From Amoebidium appalachense (lineage: Eukaryota; Protista; Ichthyosporea): 64,000 nucleotides of DNA. Location: the NCBI GenBank assembly GCA_963693365.1, contig CAVNZM010000012.1, positions 7,816,001 through 7,880,000 of the forward strand. Direction: 5' to 3'. Positions 1-41,654 of this stretch are shown here, piece by piece. Position 1 is the first letter of the stretch, and each line of letters opens with the position of its first letter. Below the pieces are notes generated by a model, which was not told where the DNA came from, did not search any database, and saw only the letters and a program-made list of their open reading frames with translations. The translations under genes and the position numbers were made by a program.

Positions 1-53
1 AAGGAAGAAAGGGAGGGGGGGGGGGGGGGGGGGGTTAACATCAAATTTGCTAC

Positions 54-26831
<26,778 letters not shown>

Positions 26832-27299
26832 GGCGTTGGTTTGTGCCTAACCTACTTGAAACATGGCAAAAAGAACCATACCATTCAGCATGAGCGTTAA
26901 ATCATCAAGATACCTATACGAACACTCATTATCACCCAGGTTGTAGCATTGACCATCAAGAGGGATCTATAGGATTTTGTGGCATCAAGCTCAAGACTTG
27001 GGCAATGAAAAAGTGCGTCTGGTCATTCAGAAAACAGGTAGAATGGGCCTGTCAAGAATTGATTCTGGTACGCGAGCCTATCTTTTTCTCGCTACATATA
27101 CACGTTCATGTACCGACATAAGACTACATATTATGTTCACGACATTACAACATTAAATGTTGCTAACATATCAATATCAAACAACACAACAATGAAGTTG
27201 TCACACTTGCAAGACGGCGGGCGTAAAAATCTCGAGCTCGTTGGTCAAGAAAGCATCAGTTTGCGCAAACCATGCGCATATTTGTGGGTGCAAATTCAT

Positions 27300-27350
27300 C
27301 CAATCAAATGCTAGATGTAATTTACATAGCTTACGTCTTCATGACGTCAT
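27300..27350. promoter_or_regulatory. CCAAT box and CRE palindrome upstream of PIKfyve
   Basis: CCAAT at 27300-27304 and ATGACGTCAT at 27341-27350, about 500 bp upstream of the ATG; function is inferred. Confidence 0.35.
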
Positions 27351-28198
27351 TCATAGGAGGTTAAGCTTCACGATCTGATAAATTAGGGTTTTCGTAAGCA
27401 GCCATTGTAGGCTATTTTTTTGAAAGAAAGCTTAAGGCACCCACCTTAAGGGCGCCCCGGACTTTGAAGTTTGAACGCCGGGCGGTCTTCACGCGCCTCA
27501 GGGTATGTACAACTAAATGTACCTTTTTTACTTCAGAAACACAAACCTCCATACATTTATTTCCTGCACTGCTCTTTTATTAGCGCCCGCTTTGAAGAGC
27601 AAATAACAACATGGCACACAGCTAAATGGCACATCCACTGCGATTCTTATTGTAGTCAGCTCAGTATAAACGCGTCTGAACTCTTGGATCGATCGCGACT
27701 TCCATACTTCCATCAACTGCTCAGACCCTCATCTCATGTTCGCTCGTTCCTAGGCGGTGGTGCCATCTTCCTCAGTAGTTCCATATAAAAATGCCGTTTC
27801 TATTGCTTCGAAAACTACGGATAGTCCATTAAGACTCGGCTGGGCGGCATGGGTCCAGTGAGTCGCTGTCGTTTGCGGTTTCAAATCGTGCCTCAAAGAT
27901 CTAGATCTTCAGTCAGCCCTCACATGCACGAAGAAAGCTCTAGCACTGTTAATGTTAACGCTAGTCCCCCGTACGCGTCGTTCCCTTCCTCCCCGTGGAA
28001 ACAACCTACATCACCGTGACCACACGAATCACGTGCACACGCCGTGCACACACACGCACACACGCGCACACACGACACCGACATTCATGCACACGACACA
28101 CTGCTGAGCTCATGGTGGATCTTATGTCGTGCACACACACAACACACACGCGTGCATGCACACGCACAAACACACGTACGCTCACACGCACGCACATG

Positions 28199-28295
<97 letters not shown>

Positions 28296-30347
28296 GACAC
28301 ACGCACGCACGCACACACAGACACAGACACACAATAACTAGATAGCATAACGCACATGACATTCAGGACATTTTTTCATATTCAGTGTTTTTCCAGGCCC
28401 CATATTGTATATATTGTATCTACAACGTCCCGATACTCTTGCTACGCTCTATTTGCTTATTGTACACATGCGTAGGGAGTGTACAGTGTACACGGGTGGG
28501 GCCGGGGTCTGGTCGACTTAACTCGGAACTTCTGTTGCCTGTCGGTTCGTCCTGGCTGCCCGTGAAGCTTGACACATGGAAAATGATGTGAACAACAAGT
28601 GAGTAGATTCGGAACTTCTGTTTACACGTGTGTGTGTGAACTTCATAGTAGCCAATCAAAAGTGAGGTTATTTTAAGCACCAAAAACATGCACCATGCAA
28701 TGCAGAAGCTGTCCCCAGTCTCCCCACCGGAGAAGTGATCTTTTCGGCCACTTTCAGACAATTAAACATCAGGATGAAATTCTATGATGCATGCATTTTT
28801 ACAGAAACTACTTGTAAAAAGTTGCAAATTGGTGCCTATAAGCTTGATAATTTGTTTTGTGTTATCAGCTGCACGGTCCGCCACATCTGGGTTGGAATGC
28901 ACCGCTGACATGATAAAGATACAAAACAGACGACTATAGGAATGATAAATCACCAATAGTAACATTGCTTTGGCTCTGTTATTGCATGTCTGCCTACAGA
29001 TTGCTTTGGCATAGATATCAGCGGGAAATGGGTATTGTGAAAGATAAATAACATACAAAGAGCAAACTAATAACTATAGGTTTTATTTATACACACCAAG
29101 ATTTTTCAAGCCGATTTATTGTCATTACCGTGGCGAAGCTTTACTGCCCAATACTGCAAGCGGCATGTGTCTATATTGACATTCTTCCTCTAGATGACGT
29201 CATGCATGAGCTCTAAACCAATCACAGCAGCTTAGCAAATGATGGTATTTGCCGGTATGCGATTGGACCGTTGTCTGGAGTTTAATCACCACAGAGACGG
29301 TATAAGTACGATGACAACCCATGGATAGACGCAACCACTCAGTGGGCGCATGTCAGAAACTTCGCTCCAGTCATTGAACGGCATGTGTTTGTGTATGCGC
29401 GCGCGTGTGTGTGTGTGTGTGTCTGTGTGTAGCCCTAATTCGCCTGCCTGTCACGAGATTCTGGAAGGATCGTTTAAAAAAGGTTGGGCGGGCGAAAGCT
29501 GGGTAGCATAACAGCTTGGGACACACGCCTCCTCTGAAGGTGAGTGAACGGGAGTCTGATTATTAGTACTAATTAACAGGCTGCTGTGAACGTAAAAACA
29601 ACAGAATTCGAATTCGATAGAACAATGTGTGGGCAGAATTCGAATGTGTTCTGTTTGTAGTCTTTGTTGCCAATCCCTTCTTCTACGTATACAGCACTGT
29701 GCATTATTTTGAGCACGTGTAGCACATGTCACAAGGTTCCACCCTATGGATTTTTGAGCGTGCCACTGTGTAGCTATATAAAGATAGGCGCCACCAAATC
29801 ATTATAGGTATCTGGAGCACTAATTTGCACACTATCAACACTCTCAAGCTGTTCGTATGTGCACGTGTATGTAGTATTTCAGCATGCGTTTTCTGATTCG
29901 AAACTATGTTCAGAATTGCGCAAACGTCTTGGCAAGAGAGTCTCTGAGTTGACGTTCTCAAACTTCTCTGTTTTTCTCTGGACTCCGTAGGTCAGTAGGA
30001 GAGAGGATTAGTTGGGTTCCCAACCCAGTCGTGTCTTTTGTGTTTTTGAATGGCTGATTTGTTTGTGCATCGCTCTTTATATACTTTTTCTTCTAAGTAT
30101 TTGACAGTTATTATAGCTGTTTCTGCTTCGTGAGTTTTCGTTGAATGTAGAATTAGCACCGCGTATGTATACAAGCAATCCTAATCTCATTCCCTTTTAC
30201 ACACAACTTCGATTTGGCACAACCACACATCAGGGGCTTCCTTGTCTAACACAGTGTAATATCCCCCAACACACAGACACAGAGACACACACAGGCACAT
30301 CCTGGACCTTCAGCGCGTGTGTGCGCTGTTCACCCAACCCAAGCACG

Positions 30348-31183
30348 ATGGCAACTCCCTTGGAAACCGAATCCCAAATCGACTACTCCTCCACTGCCCA
30401 ACTTCCAGAAAATACCAGAAAATCCGTTAAAGACAACGCCTCCGACCATGTGCCTGGAAACTCTGCATATCCTCTGGGGGATGAAGCGGGTGGAAGTATA
30501 AATAGCGATGATGCAGAACTCGAGGCGATGGGGTATAAACCAGAACTGGCGCGCGGTTTTAGCGGACTTATGTCATTTTCCTTCTGTTTCGTGGCGGTGA
30601 ACGTTATCGCATCTCTTTCCGTCTCGTTTGGCTCTGCCCTCTCCACGGGTGGGCCTGCGGTCATGTCTTGGTATTGGATCGTAGCGTCGATGCTCAACGT
30701 TGTTACAGGCGCTGCAATGGGTGAAATTTGCTCTCGTTACCCGAGTGCAGGTAGTGTTTATCATTGGTCGGCGCAACTTGCAACCGCTGAATATGGCCCA
30801 ATCATGAGCTACATTACCGGATGGTTTAATTTTTTGGGAAACCTGGCCGGTGACGCAAGTTTTGCGAGCGGTTTTGCGTGGGTTCTTTGTGTTACTATCA
30901 AGCAGGCCGGGGGGGCCGATTATACTTCGACTGAAACGGTCGCGGACAGAGTCCCCCAAGTGGGATTTTCCATTGCGATTCTTGTCTTCTGGACGGTGAG
31001 TGTTTTTTTAAACAGTTTTAACGGGCACGGGTGTGGAAAGTGTGCTAGGCAAAACTGATATCGTCCATGGAAGTGCCCCATTTTTGACCACTCTTCTTCA
31101 TCAACAACATCCTTTTTGCGTTTGACTTGACAAGCAGACAATGTGCCTTCGTGCTCCTTGAAATGCGTTTACACACAAACACA

Positions 31184-31230
<47 letters not shown>

Positions 31231-32247
31231 AGCAACGGCACCAACAGCTACCACGCACACTGCACGATGCGCGCACACAAAGGCAATCTCTTTCTCTCTT
31301 CTCATACACACACCCGCCCGGCCCTCAACATTTCATTCGGTTTGTTCCTTGAGCAAACAACATGAGTTTTCCATAGATGCTACAGTCTTTTGCTTAGCAT
31401 CGAATGCACCCCTAGTTAGGGTGCTTATGTGCAGTTACTTAGCTGGCACACCATTTACATTTTTCCTAAATTCTAGGTCACACTTCAGAGTCGACATTCT
31501 AACACACGAACACATATACACGCGTGCTCGTGCAAACACAGACACAAATACAATCAAACACGTACACACACCTACACTCACACTTACACGCAGGCACAAA
31601 CACGTACACAAACACACACACACACACCTGCACACGTACACCCACCTACACACGCACACACGATTCTAACTCACAAACACATCTACACACCAGCTGCGCG
31701 TGCATACACACACACTCACTCACACACTCACACACACTCACTCACACACTCACACACACAGATCCTCAACATTCTCAAGGTGGAGCAACAAGGATACGTC
31801 AACATTACCGCGATGATTACACAAATTTTCGGCAGTCTTGCAATCGCAGCAACGATTATCGCATGTGCACCCTCCCGTCAGAACGCAACTTTCGTTTTTA
31901 CGGAAACATACAACGGTACAGGGATTGAAAGTTTCGCCTACGTCGCACTGATTGCATGCCTGTCTCCGTGTTTCAGCATGGCGGGATACGAAGCCGGTGC
32001 GCACATGGCTGAGGAAACCCGAAATTCGAGCAAATCGGCCCCGCACGGAATAGTTTTGACGTGTATTTGCTCGGGATTTTTCGGGTTTATCTACTTGATG
32101 TCTCTCCTTTTCTCTATGCAAGACCTGGAGGCTACCGTTAATAGTGATGATGCGACGGTTCAGATATTCTTTGATGCTGCCGGATACTATGGAGGCATCA
32201 TTCTCGCATCCATTCTGTATGTTATCCCCCCCTCCCCTCTCCTCCCC

Positions 32248-32279
<32 letters not shown>

Positions 32280-32466
32280 ACACTCACACACAGACACACA
32301 CACTCACATGCGCGCACGCGCGCGCACACACACACGCACACACATTATTTTTTCCGTTATGTATGCATTGTATGTGTACTGTGTAACACATTCTACCACA
32401 CCCCCTCCCTCTCCCCCCCCCTCCCCCCTCCCCCCCCCCCCTCTCTCTCTCTCTCTCTCTTTCTGT

Positions 32467-32525
<59 letters not shown>

Positions 32526-32552
32526 CCCCCTCTCCCTCCCTCCCTCCCTCCC

Positions 32553-32596
<44 letters not shown>

Positions 32597-34005
32597 ACCC
32601 ACCCACCCACCCACCCTACCACCAGCACCGCCACTACCACCAAGGATTCTAAGTTCACATAATGTTTTCCTCGTGGATCACTCAATTACGTGCTTATGGG
32701 TAATCCATTTTTCAGACATGTTCTAAAAAAGACCGAGGAAAGTTTATGTAGGCTAGGTGGTCTTTACACGTGGAATGTGCGTAAATGTATGAATTCTGTA
32801 AGTCAGTCTGCCTACACACAAACATACGTGCAAACATGCATACAGGCGCGCACGTGCAGTTTATGTGTGTGTGTGTGTGTGTTGGGGGGCCGGGGGTGGG
32901 GGGGAGGGGGGAGGGGGGCGGGGGCTTGATGTACCAATTTTTGTCCATTCATTTTTTCCGATTTAGGCTGTCATTATTGTGCTCTCCGTTACTCCAAACT
33001 TCCCGTTTATATGTTTATTCGGTGTCGCATTCCTGTAATTAGAGCCCCCCCCTCCTCGTCCCGCCGCCTTCAAACCCCTTTGCTACCTGCACAAACGGAC
33101 ACACACGGAAACACACCGTCACGGAAACATATAAGCACGCGCGCACACCCGCACGCGAAGACACGAGCATTTACGCACATGCGCACACCCACACACATGC
33201 AGGGCGCGCGTATTGGTGCATCTCACTATTCGCTCCCACACCACTCTCCCCTTTTCCTCTCTCCCGGAGACTTCTCATTCCGCGGACCCCCGTCCCCTCC
33301 CCCCCCTCCCTCCCTCCCTCCCCCCCCTCCCCCTCCTCCTCCTCTTCCTTCCCCCCTTCCCCAGCCACCCTTTCCCAGCAACCAATACCCCGTTTGGTTC
33401 ATACACACACCTGCACACGCCCTTGCACTAAAATGGCCAAACCCCCATTCTAATCTCGTGACCCACCACGTGCACGCAGGATCCTCAACCTGTTCTTTGC
33501 CGGGGTCAGCAGTCTCACTGTGACGTCACGAATTGGGTTTGCAATGGTGCGCGATGGCTCGCTCCCGGGTTCTTCGTTCTTCTATCACGTGAATCAGGCA
33601 ACTAAAATCCCGATTCGATTGGTTCTTCTGACCGCATTCCTAGATGTCGTTTTGCTTCTTCTCCCGCTTGTAAATACGACTGCTTTCGATGCGATCTTGT
33701 CGATTACCGTAATCGGATTCAACATTTCCTATGGTATTCCCATTTTCCTGCGCATCACGACGGCCAGAAACCGGTTCACCAAGGGACCTTTCCATCTCGG
33801 ATCGTTTTCGATTGTCGTCGGTGCGATTGCGTGCTTTTGGCTTTTCTTCACATCTCTCCTCCTGTTTTTCCCTACCTCGTATCCTATAGATGCAGAGAGC
33901 TTTAATTATACGTGCGCGGTGGTTGGTGGGACCGCTATAATCGGGACACTCTATTGGTTCCTGGTTGCTAGGCATAGTTTTGTGGGTCCCAGACGACAGG
34001 ATTGA
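30348..34005 (+). CDS. APC-superfamily amino acid/GABA/choline permease (ACT family; UGA4/HNM1/BAT1-like), about 542 aa, 3 exons
   Basis: Exons 30348-30995, 31762-32216, 33480-34005, phases consistent. Motifs MGYKPELARGFS, GGPA, MGEICSRYPSAGSVYHW, GWFN, GYEAGAHMAEET, SRIGFAMVRDGSLP, GPFHLG, NYT; multiple hydrophobic segments. Confidence 0.93.
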
Positions 34006-34391
34006 AGTTTCATTGGACAACACACATATCATAATGTCCCCTAGAAAGTAAGTGGATATTTCTTGAAATAATTTACGGGAAATAATTTACCGGTATGACC
34101 TTCAAATTTGACAGAGGTGTAAATTTGGCCCTTTCCGTACATGAATGTAACACAATATGACTTCCACATGTTTTGAGGTTGGTTGTTGGGTGAGCTTAAA
34201 ACTGTGCATATAGCACATATGTTCTTGTAAAAAAAAATAAAAAATGTTAAGATGTGTACAGAAAGAAGGAATGAAACGAAGTAAAACAGTTATAGAACAC
34301 CAATACCTTTGAAGCCTCTTTCAGTTCAAACGGTTTGTAACACGGGCTGTGCACACACGACATACATATACGTGCATAAATTGTGTGACTT

Positions 34392-34425
<34 letters not shown>

Positions 34426-35766
34426 CTGCACTTTAAACTACACCCATTCCCAGGCAAACCGCACAAATGTTTCGACTTTCCGGTCAGGATTTTTTTTTAT
34501 ACACCCACACCACTCACGTACACAGACACGCGCGCGCGCACACACACACACACACACCAACATGCAAACACGCCGCCCATATATGCACACCCAACCAAGC
34601 ACACAAACACACACACACAGCACTTCTGCATCCTCCCTCCCCCCTCGCACACACAACAACAACACACACACTGCCCTTGCAGTCTTTTTTGTGACACTTC
34701 TTATTTGGCTCAGCGACGATTCATTATGGACGGAGTCCAACTTTATAAATACCCTTCAATGTTCGCCGATCCATGTTGGTGTGTATATTTGTGTACTCCC
34801 ATAGTTACAGAACAACGAAAAGTGTACAGGTATATGCTCACACAAACTCACATGTGTAGCAGAAGCGCACACACGTGCACCAACACACATGCAGTTGACA
34901 CACACACACGTGTACATCGTCAAACAGCACATATGTACACCCAGACCAGGCACCCACTCTGCGCGAACACTCAAACACAAACACAAACACACACACACAC
35001 ACACCTCCAGGCACACAACTTTGCCCTCCGTTTTATACTTTTTATTTGTCTTTCGCATTTTTCATGGACAAGAGCTCAACTCTTGCCCGGACCCTTCGAT
35101 AACTGCGCAACTGAGCGCGTAAGGAATGTAATCAAGCATCTTCGCGTACAAACCTATCAATAACAATATTCGTGCCTCAGAGTGTTTGAAGAATTGTATG
35201 TGCGAAAGCGCAAGTGTTTGCTCGAACACGAGTACGTGCTGGTGTGGGTGTATGTTTGTCCGTCCGTGTGTGTGTCTGTGTGCCCATGGCGTATTTATAC
35301 ACACCTGTGCGCTTGTGGGCGGTGTGTGTGTGTGTGCGTGTGCATGTGTGCGCGCACGTGTGTGAGCGAATTTGTGTGTGTTTTCGGGGGGGGGGGGGGG
35401 GGGGGGGGGGGGGTGTTGCATAATGGGTAGGTGTGATTGTGTGTGCGTGTGTGTGTGTGCGTGCGCGCGCGCGTGTGTATGTGTGCGCGCGAGTGTGTGT
35501 GTTTTCTGGCGTGCCCAAATCACCCCATAAAGCCAAATATCATTTTCCTTCATAAGACCTTTGAAACCACACAGTCGAACCTAAGGGTAATCCTATTCGA
35601 AAGAGAAATTCCTTACAAGCTCTCGACTTCAATCATTCTAATCTTTGGAGTACAATAAGCATTATGATACAAACAAATTAGAGACAGGGATTTTCCCACC
35701 TTCTCATCATTAGAATTCACATATCTCCTTACAAAAAACCCCGGAAATTATGCTACACGCACCCAT

Positions 35767-35989
35767 CTACTCTCTGAACAGCCAGTTCACGACCACATTT
35801 ACGTCCCCGTCAGCCCTCCTCAAGAGGCGGACACTGTTAATGTCGTCAGTGATGCCCATGCTGTGCAGCATCTCTAACTGCTGTGCGTACCTGTGTTTGT
35901 GAGAGAGTGTGTGTGTGTGTTGGGGGGGGGGGGGGGGGGAAGACAGAGGGTTGCACGCACGCGTGTTTTTTTCTTTTTTCTTTTTTTTT

Positions 35990-36028
<39 letters not shown>

Positions 36029-36431
36029 AGGTCAGTATAACATAGCATGGGGATCGCATCCTTAGGCTTCCACATAACGAACGACCAGGACGGAGAGGGC
36101 GACGAAGGGGGGGGGGGGGGGGGGGGGGGGGGTATGTTTTTAAGCGCGACAGATGTGGAAGCAAAGACATCCAGAAAGAATAAAACCAAAAACACTGCAC
36201 AGAATTCGAAATATTGCTCACAAAAGGCACGTGACCGAACCCACCACGAGGGGGATCCCATAAAACAACTGAGATGGGTTCTGGCTCTTCAACCCTTTAA
36301 AAAAAAAAAAAAAAAAAAAAAGATGGGGGCGGAGTCCCCCCCCCCCCCCCCCCCCCGAGGCTCCCTCTCTTCCCCTTAACACAAACGCACACACAAGACA
36401 ACACACACACACGTACAAACCCATATGTATG

Positions 36432-36462
<31 letters not shown>

Positions 36463-36841
36463 CTCTGCAAATCCCTTGGGCTCACGTTCGGGAAATCCTC
36501 TTCATCCGACGTATCCACCTCTTCCATCTCCCCCGCCGGGGGAATATAATTCATGGGGAATGGGCTGTACGTGTGCTGGTGGGGTGGAGGTAGTTGGTTT
36601 CCCTCAGGGAATGGATTTGGCGGGATGTGGAGGGGGTGGCCTGGGGGCAGGGGCGGGAGCGGTGGTGGCAAGACGGGCTCCAAGGAGTTTAGGTTGAGAA
36701 ACCCGATGGGGTGGTACTGTTGTGGCTCCTGGGGGTGGCACTGTTGTGGCTCCTGGGTGCGGAAAAATGTCAATGAGAGGGCTCGTATGCCAGCTGGGGC
36801 TCGTATGGAAGCTCATCAGCACACGCCGGCCCGCCGGGGGG

Positions 36842-36883
<42 letters not shown>

Positions 36884-37486
36884 CTTACAGGTACGTGCTA
36901 CCGCCAATAGGACTACCCCCCCCCCCCCCCTCTCTCGGGGCCTCTCACGCCTTCCCCCCCCTCTCCCCTCCAACCCCTGCTCCAACAGAAAAATAAACGG
37001 AAAAGCCACCAGGAATGGTAATCACACACGAACCCTTCCAAAAAAAGCAAGGAGAAAAAGAACAAGAACAGGAAAGGCTACCAATCACACACAAGGAATG
37101 GGTCCCAAAAAAATCCAAAATACCTTGCTTACTGGTGCACGTGCCGTTGGCACCATGAAAGCCGACCCACTTCCAGGCCGACTCATGACTGGGAAGGGAC
37201 ACACGGGCAGCGCCGGTGGATACTCTCCTGTATAGGCAAAGGTCTGGGTGAGGGTGTGATACAGAAGGAAACCAATATTGCACAACACATAACCCCCATA
37301 ATAAAAACACTATGCAGAAGTAGAACAGAAACTGGAACGAAGGGGGGTGGGTGGGGGGGGGGGGAAAGAAACGGAAAAGGGAAAAACAATTCACAAGGAA
37401 AACTCCAAACCCGACCAGGACAAAACACAATCTCACATCTATGCCTGAGCCCCCCCCCCCCACACACACACACAAACATCATATAT

Positions 37487-37517
<31 letters not shown>

Positions 37518-37537
37518 ACACACACACACAAACACAA

Positions 37538-37569
<32 letters not shown>

Positions 37570-37576
37570 CATCGTG

Positions 37577-37629
<53 letters not shown>

Positions 37630-37823
37630 ATAATAATAATAATAATTAAAAAACCAGGATATAATCGTGACTTCACCCCCACCTCACCTGTATGTTCTGT
37701 AAAAGGCTGGTTCATTGCATGTGCCTGCACCGGAGCAGGCCGGGGCTCGTAGTCGACTAAAACACGTCGGGGAGGACGTACGGGGGATCTACTCTGATCG
37801 TTGATGCCTGTAACGTGGGGAAA

Positions 37824-37855
<32 letters not shown>

Positions 37856-38093
37856 TGTATGTGTTTGAGAAGCGTGCAGGAAGGAGACACTCAAATAGAG
37901 CCCATCATCAGGGGGGTTCCTATACTATCCTCTCGCGCGTGGTACCCAACCCATTCTATGTTTTGGGGGGGGGGGGGAGGGGGGGGGGGGGGGGGGGGAG
38001 GGGGGGATGTGGCATTCAGATGTGAATACCGACGTATACAGAGAGGCAAACACAAAAAGTAATGGTGAATGGCAAGCAAAAGCAAAAGCAAAA

Positions 38094-38160
<67 letters not shown>

Positions 38161-38741
38161 TACGTACCAAAAGACGCCATCTGCTCCTCTTTGCTGCTCT
38201 CTCTTGCTATATTCGGAACACCTCTCTTAGAACTCTCTTCTCTGTCGCTCTCGGAAGAAACTATTTGATCTCTCGTGGGAAGACTCTCACATGCACTGAC
38301 TTCTTGTTCTCTCTCGCGCGCAATATCTGTAAGGCTGCTGTTGTTTCCTGTACCGCTTCCCGAAGCTCCCTCGGCTCTGGGTACACCTCCCTGTGGAAAC
38401 CCATAATCAGAACTGAAGGAGGGTGTGTATGCACACCAATACTGGCTGTACTATGATGACTTTAACAGCTTAACAGTTTTCACATCAGAAAGAACATATG
38501 CAAAAGGAGACAGAAACGAATGAGCAGAGGTTTGAAACCACGGCAGCCACAAGCGCTCACACACACAAACCCCAATAGGAAAGCGTGTTCCTAACTACCC
38601 TCCCTCCCCTCCCCCCCCCCCCCCCCCCCCCAAACCACCACCAAAAAAAAAAAAGAAAAAAAGAAAGGAAGAGAAAAAAAGGAAAAAAGGAAAAAAGGGA
38701 AGAAAAGCCCCCCCCCCCCTGCCCCCACCACCACCACCACA

Positions 38742-38785
<44 letters not shown>

Positions 38786-38838
38786 AAAAAAAAAAAACCC
38801 ATACCCCCCCCCCCCCCCCTCCCACACACACACACACA

Positions 38839-38870
<32 letters not shown>

Positions 38871-40230
38871 AGAATCCCCCCTCCCCCCCCCCCCAAAAAG
38901 GAAAAACCGCACCCCCCCTCCCCCCCACAAAAAAAAAAAAAAAAAAAAAAAAAAAACACACCTCTGTGGTTGGAGAGCCAATAACCCTGTTCAGCGCCTC
39001 ATACAGATAACTCTTGACCTGCGCCAACTGCTGCTCCGTAAACTGTGCCGTAGCCTTCAACCTCTCATACACCTCAGAAACCGTCGCGGCGATACGTGGG
39101 TCGTTTGCAATCGTCGCAATCTCGTGCTCCAACCGTGTTTGCAAGATCAAACGGTGGAACTGTCCTTCGTTTATCATGTGGTCAAACCAAGGCGCCTGTC
39201 GCTCTGTAGAACTATGGTTATTCCCGAATGTTGAACTACCACCGACACCAGAACCGATTTTGGTGGGGATGGGCGGCGCGTCGCTCGTGTAAGTGGGAAG
39301 ATTGCCCTCGCTGCGAAGCGAAGAAACAGACGCTGTTGTGCCGTTTTCTTGTTCAATATCCGTTAAAAGAGAACGGAATTGAACGTCGTACGTTGCGCTC
39401 GAAGTTACGCTGCTCGTCTCTGTTTTCGCTGTTTCTTTCTCTTGCCCAATCTCTTTCTTCTCGTTCTTGCTCTCTGTCGTACATTCCGTTTCTTGTTCTA
39501 TTTCGTGTGTTTCTTGCGGTAGTTTACCCAAACACGCCTCGTCTCTCTCAAAGTTTCTCTCGATGATTCCAGTCGATTCTTTCCCTTTCTCCTGGACGTC
39601 AAAACTCGACATCATAGCCGCCAACTTGCTCAGTTCGTCATCATCGTCATTGCTCTGTTCTTGTATCTGTTGCTGGGGGGTAGAAGGAGTGGAAGATGTG
39701 CTCGAGAATGTTCTCTCGCGGCTCTCCGCCAAACGGGCAATCTCCCACAGCTCCTCCTCCTCCACCCCGAAGGAGGTGGCCGGAGACTTCGTTTTCCCTC
39801 CATCTGCAGTTACGCAAAAAGTCAGTTTCAGAGAAGTATTTTTCAGCACATTTTATAGGCCATTCCGGGTCAGGTAGGTGTGAAGCACGTCTATCATGTG
39901 GCCAAAAACCATTTTTCGGGTTCGACCCAACACGGAATCCTAAACAAAACCCCGTAGGCAGGGTGGCCAGGGCAAAAGGAAAAGAAGGGAGCAGAAAGGC
40001 CGGGGGGAAGGGGGGGGAGGGGGGGGGGGGGGGGGGGGGGGAAGACGTGTTGCTTCATTGCACGTATCCGTCCAGTAGACACATACGCCAATTTTCTGCC
40101 CTTCAAAGAAGGAGAGGGGCAGGGGCGGGGGGAGGGGGGAGGGGGTATATACAGCGCAAAGCATAATAGATACACAAAGATATCTCTATCAACCGTATAT
40201 GCAACCGTAGGGTATGATCGGGGAGGGGGA

Positions 40231-40263
<33 letters not shown>

Positions 40264-40321
40264 TGTTGTTGTTCCAATAGGGGTTACAGTCATAAAGCCC
40301 AGTACGGTTTGCACATGAAAT

Positions 40322-40360
<39 letters not shown>

Positions 40361-40750
40361 CCATGCTACACCTCGTATGTACACGGGGAAAATGTCACTC
40401 ACTCACACTGCGTTGTAAAACATTGCACACACAAAGATTTGAAGGTGTTGGGATAAACACTCGTGGGAATACAAACACCCATCCATGGGGGGGGGGGAAA
40501 AAAAAAAGAAAAAAAAAAAAAAAAAAAGGGAAAAACAAATCTGCTTTGGTCAATACTCTCAGTTAATAATCCTCGAGCACCTGGCCAACGAAAAACGACC
40601 ACTCATACTCCTCAATCCTCACAGAATAAAAAGTGGTGAGAAAGACACATAATCGCAGCTTTAACCAAAAGCCGAAATCAACACAAGACCCTCCCTCCCC
40701 CTCCCCCCCCCCCCCCCCCTCCTCCTCTCCTCACCCCCACACACACGAAA

Positions 40751-40788
<38 letters not shown>

Positions 40789-40828
40789 TGCAAGCATACC
40801 TAACAGCTCGATCTTCACCTTGAGCACG

Positions 40829-40859
<31 letters not shown>

Positions 40860-41654
40860 GGGATGCAAGCATACCTAACAGCTCGATCTTCACCTTGAGC
40901 ACGTTGTTAAGTTGCTTGGCCACCCGTACAGTCTCTTTGATGTCCAGATCCCCAGCAATGGTCACCCGGTCAGCCTCCTGCAAACAAGAACATGACTTTA
41001 GAACAAGCTTTGTCCGACCCAAACGAAGTGAAGGTGATTGTGCATCCACACAGAATAATGCTACGAGAAACAGAGAAGACAAAGTGTGTTAAAGTGGGGT
41101 TAAAAACCGAGAAAAACAAAACTAGTATTGATGGGAAAAGCCCAGAAGTATCTGGGACAGTCACAAAAGAACCCACACAACATTGTGTGAGAGATGAAAA
41201 AAATAGCACACAGTGTTTCAGAACCAATTTGCGTAAACCCACTTGCCCAAGGCAGAGCGAAGCATGGCCAGCAGCAGTACAATACATCACAACATCTCAA
41301 TCCTTTACAATAATCAAAGAAAAAACCCACCAGCCGGTTAACCTCGAATACACTGCAGGAGAGGGAGATTCGCAAAGCATGTGTGAGCAGGAAAGGGCAG
41401 GTGATTGCCAAAAAACAACACAAGCTCGAATAAAACACAGCCAGGTAAAGTTATAGGAGCACGTGCAGCGAAAAGACAGAAAAGGGTTGTGTGCCCACCT
41501 CGTCGATGTAAGTCAGCTTGAAGGGTCCGGAAACATGAAAAAGTTCTTCGAGTCGTTTACAAAGCTGCGAGTAGGTCACCGTTTCCGGGTCGAACGAGGT
41601 GCGGCGAAGCTCCCCGGCCAACTGCCAAGGAAGCACAAGAATATTAGTACACAT
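35767..41654 (-). CDS. PB1-UBA protein, p62/SQSTM1-NBR1-like selective-autophagy-receptor candidate (9 exons)
   Basis: Exons 41654-41499 and 40977-40875 (PB1: GELRR..LTYIDE|EADRVTI..DI), 39803-38962, 38390-38168, 37807-37688, 37227-37133, 36976-36889, 36793-36463 (ends TSDEEDFPNV, LIR-like), 35890-35767 (UBA: YAQQLEMLHSMGITDDINSVRLLRRADGDVNVVVNWLF). The exon 7-8 junction depends on homopolymer length. Confidence 0.82.
40786..40907. repeat. Tandem duplication of an exon 3' end plus donor site (75-nt period)
   Basis: ggatgcaagcatacctaacagctcgatcttcaccttgagcacgttgt occurs twice, separated by an A-run. Confidence 0.9.

Noticed and set aside
27560-30170. Possible small minus-strand gene between PIKfyve and the permease
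   Set aside because: Only a ~50-codon open stretch and an AATAAA were found; no consistent exon chain or homology could be built.
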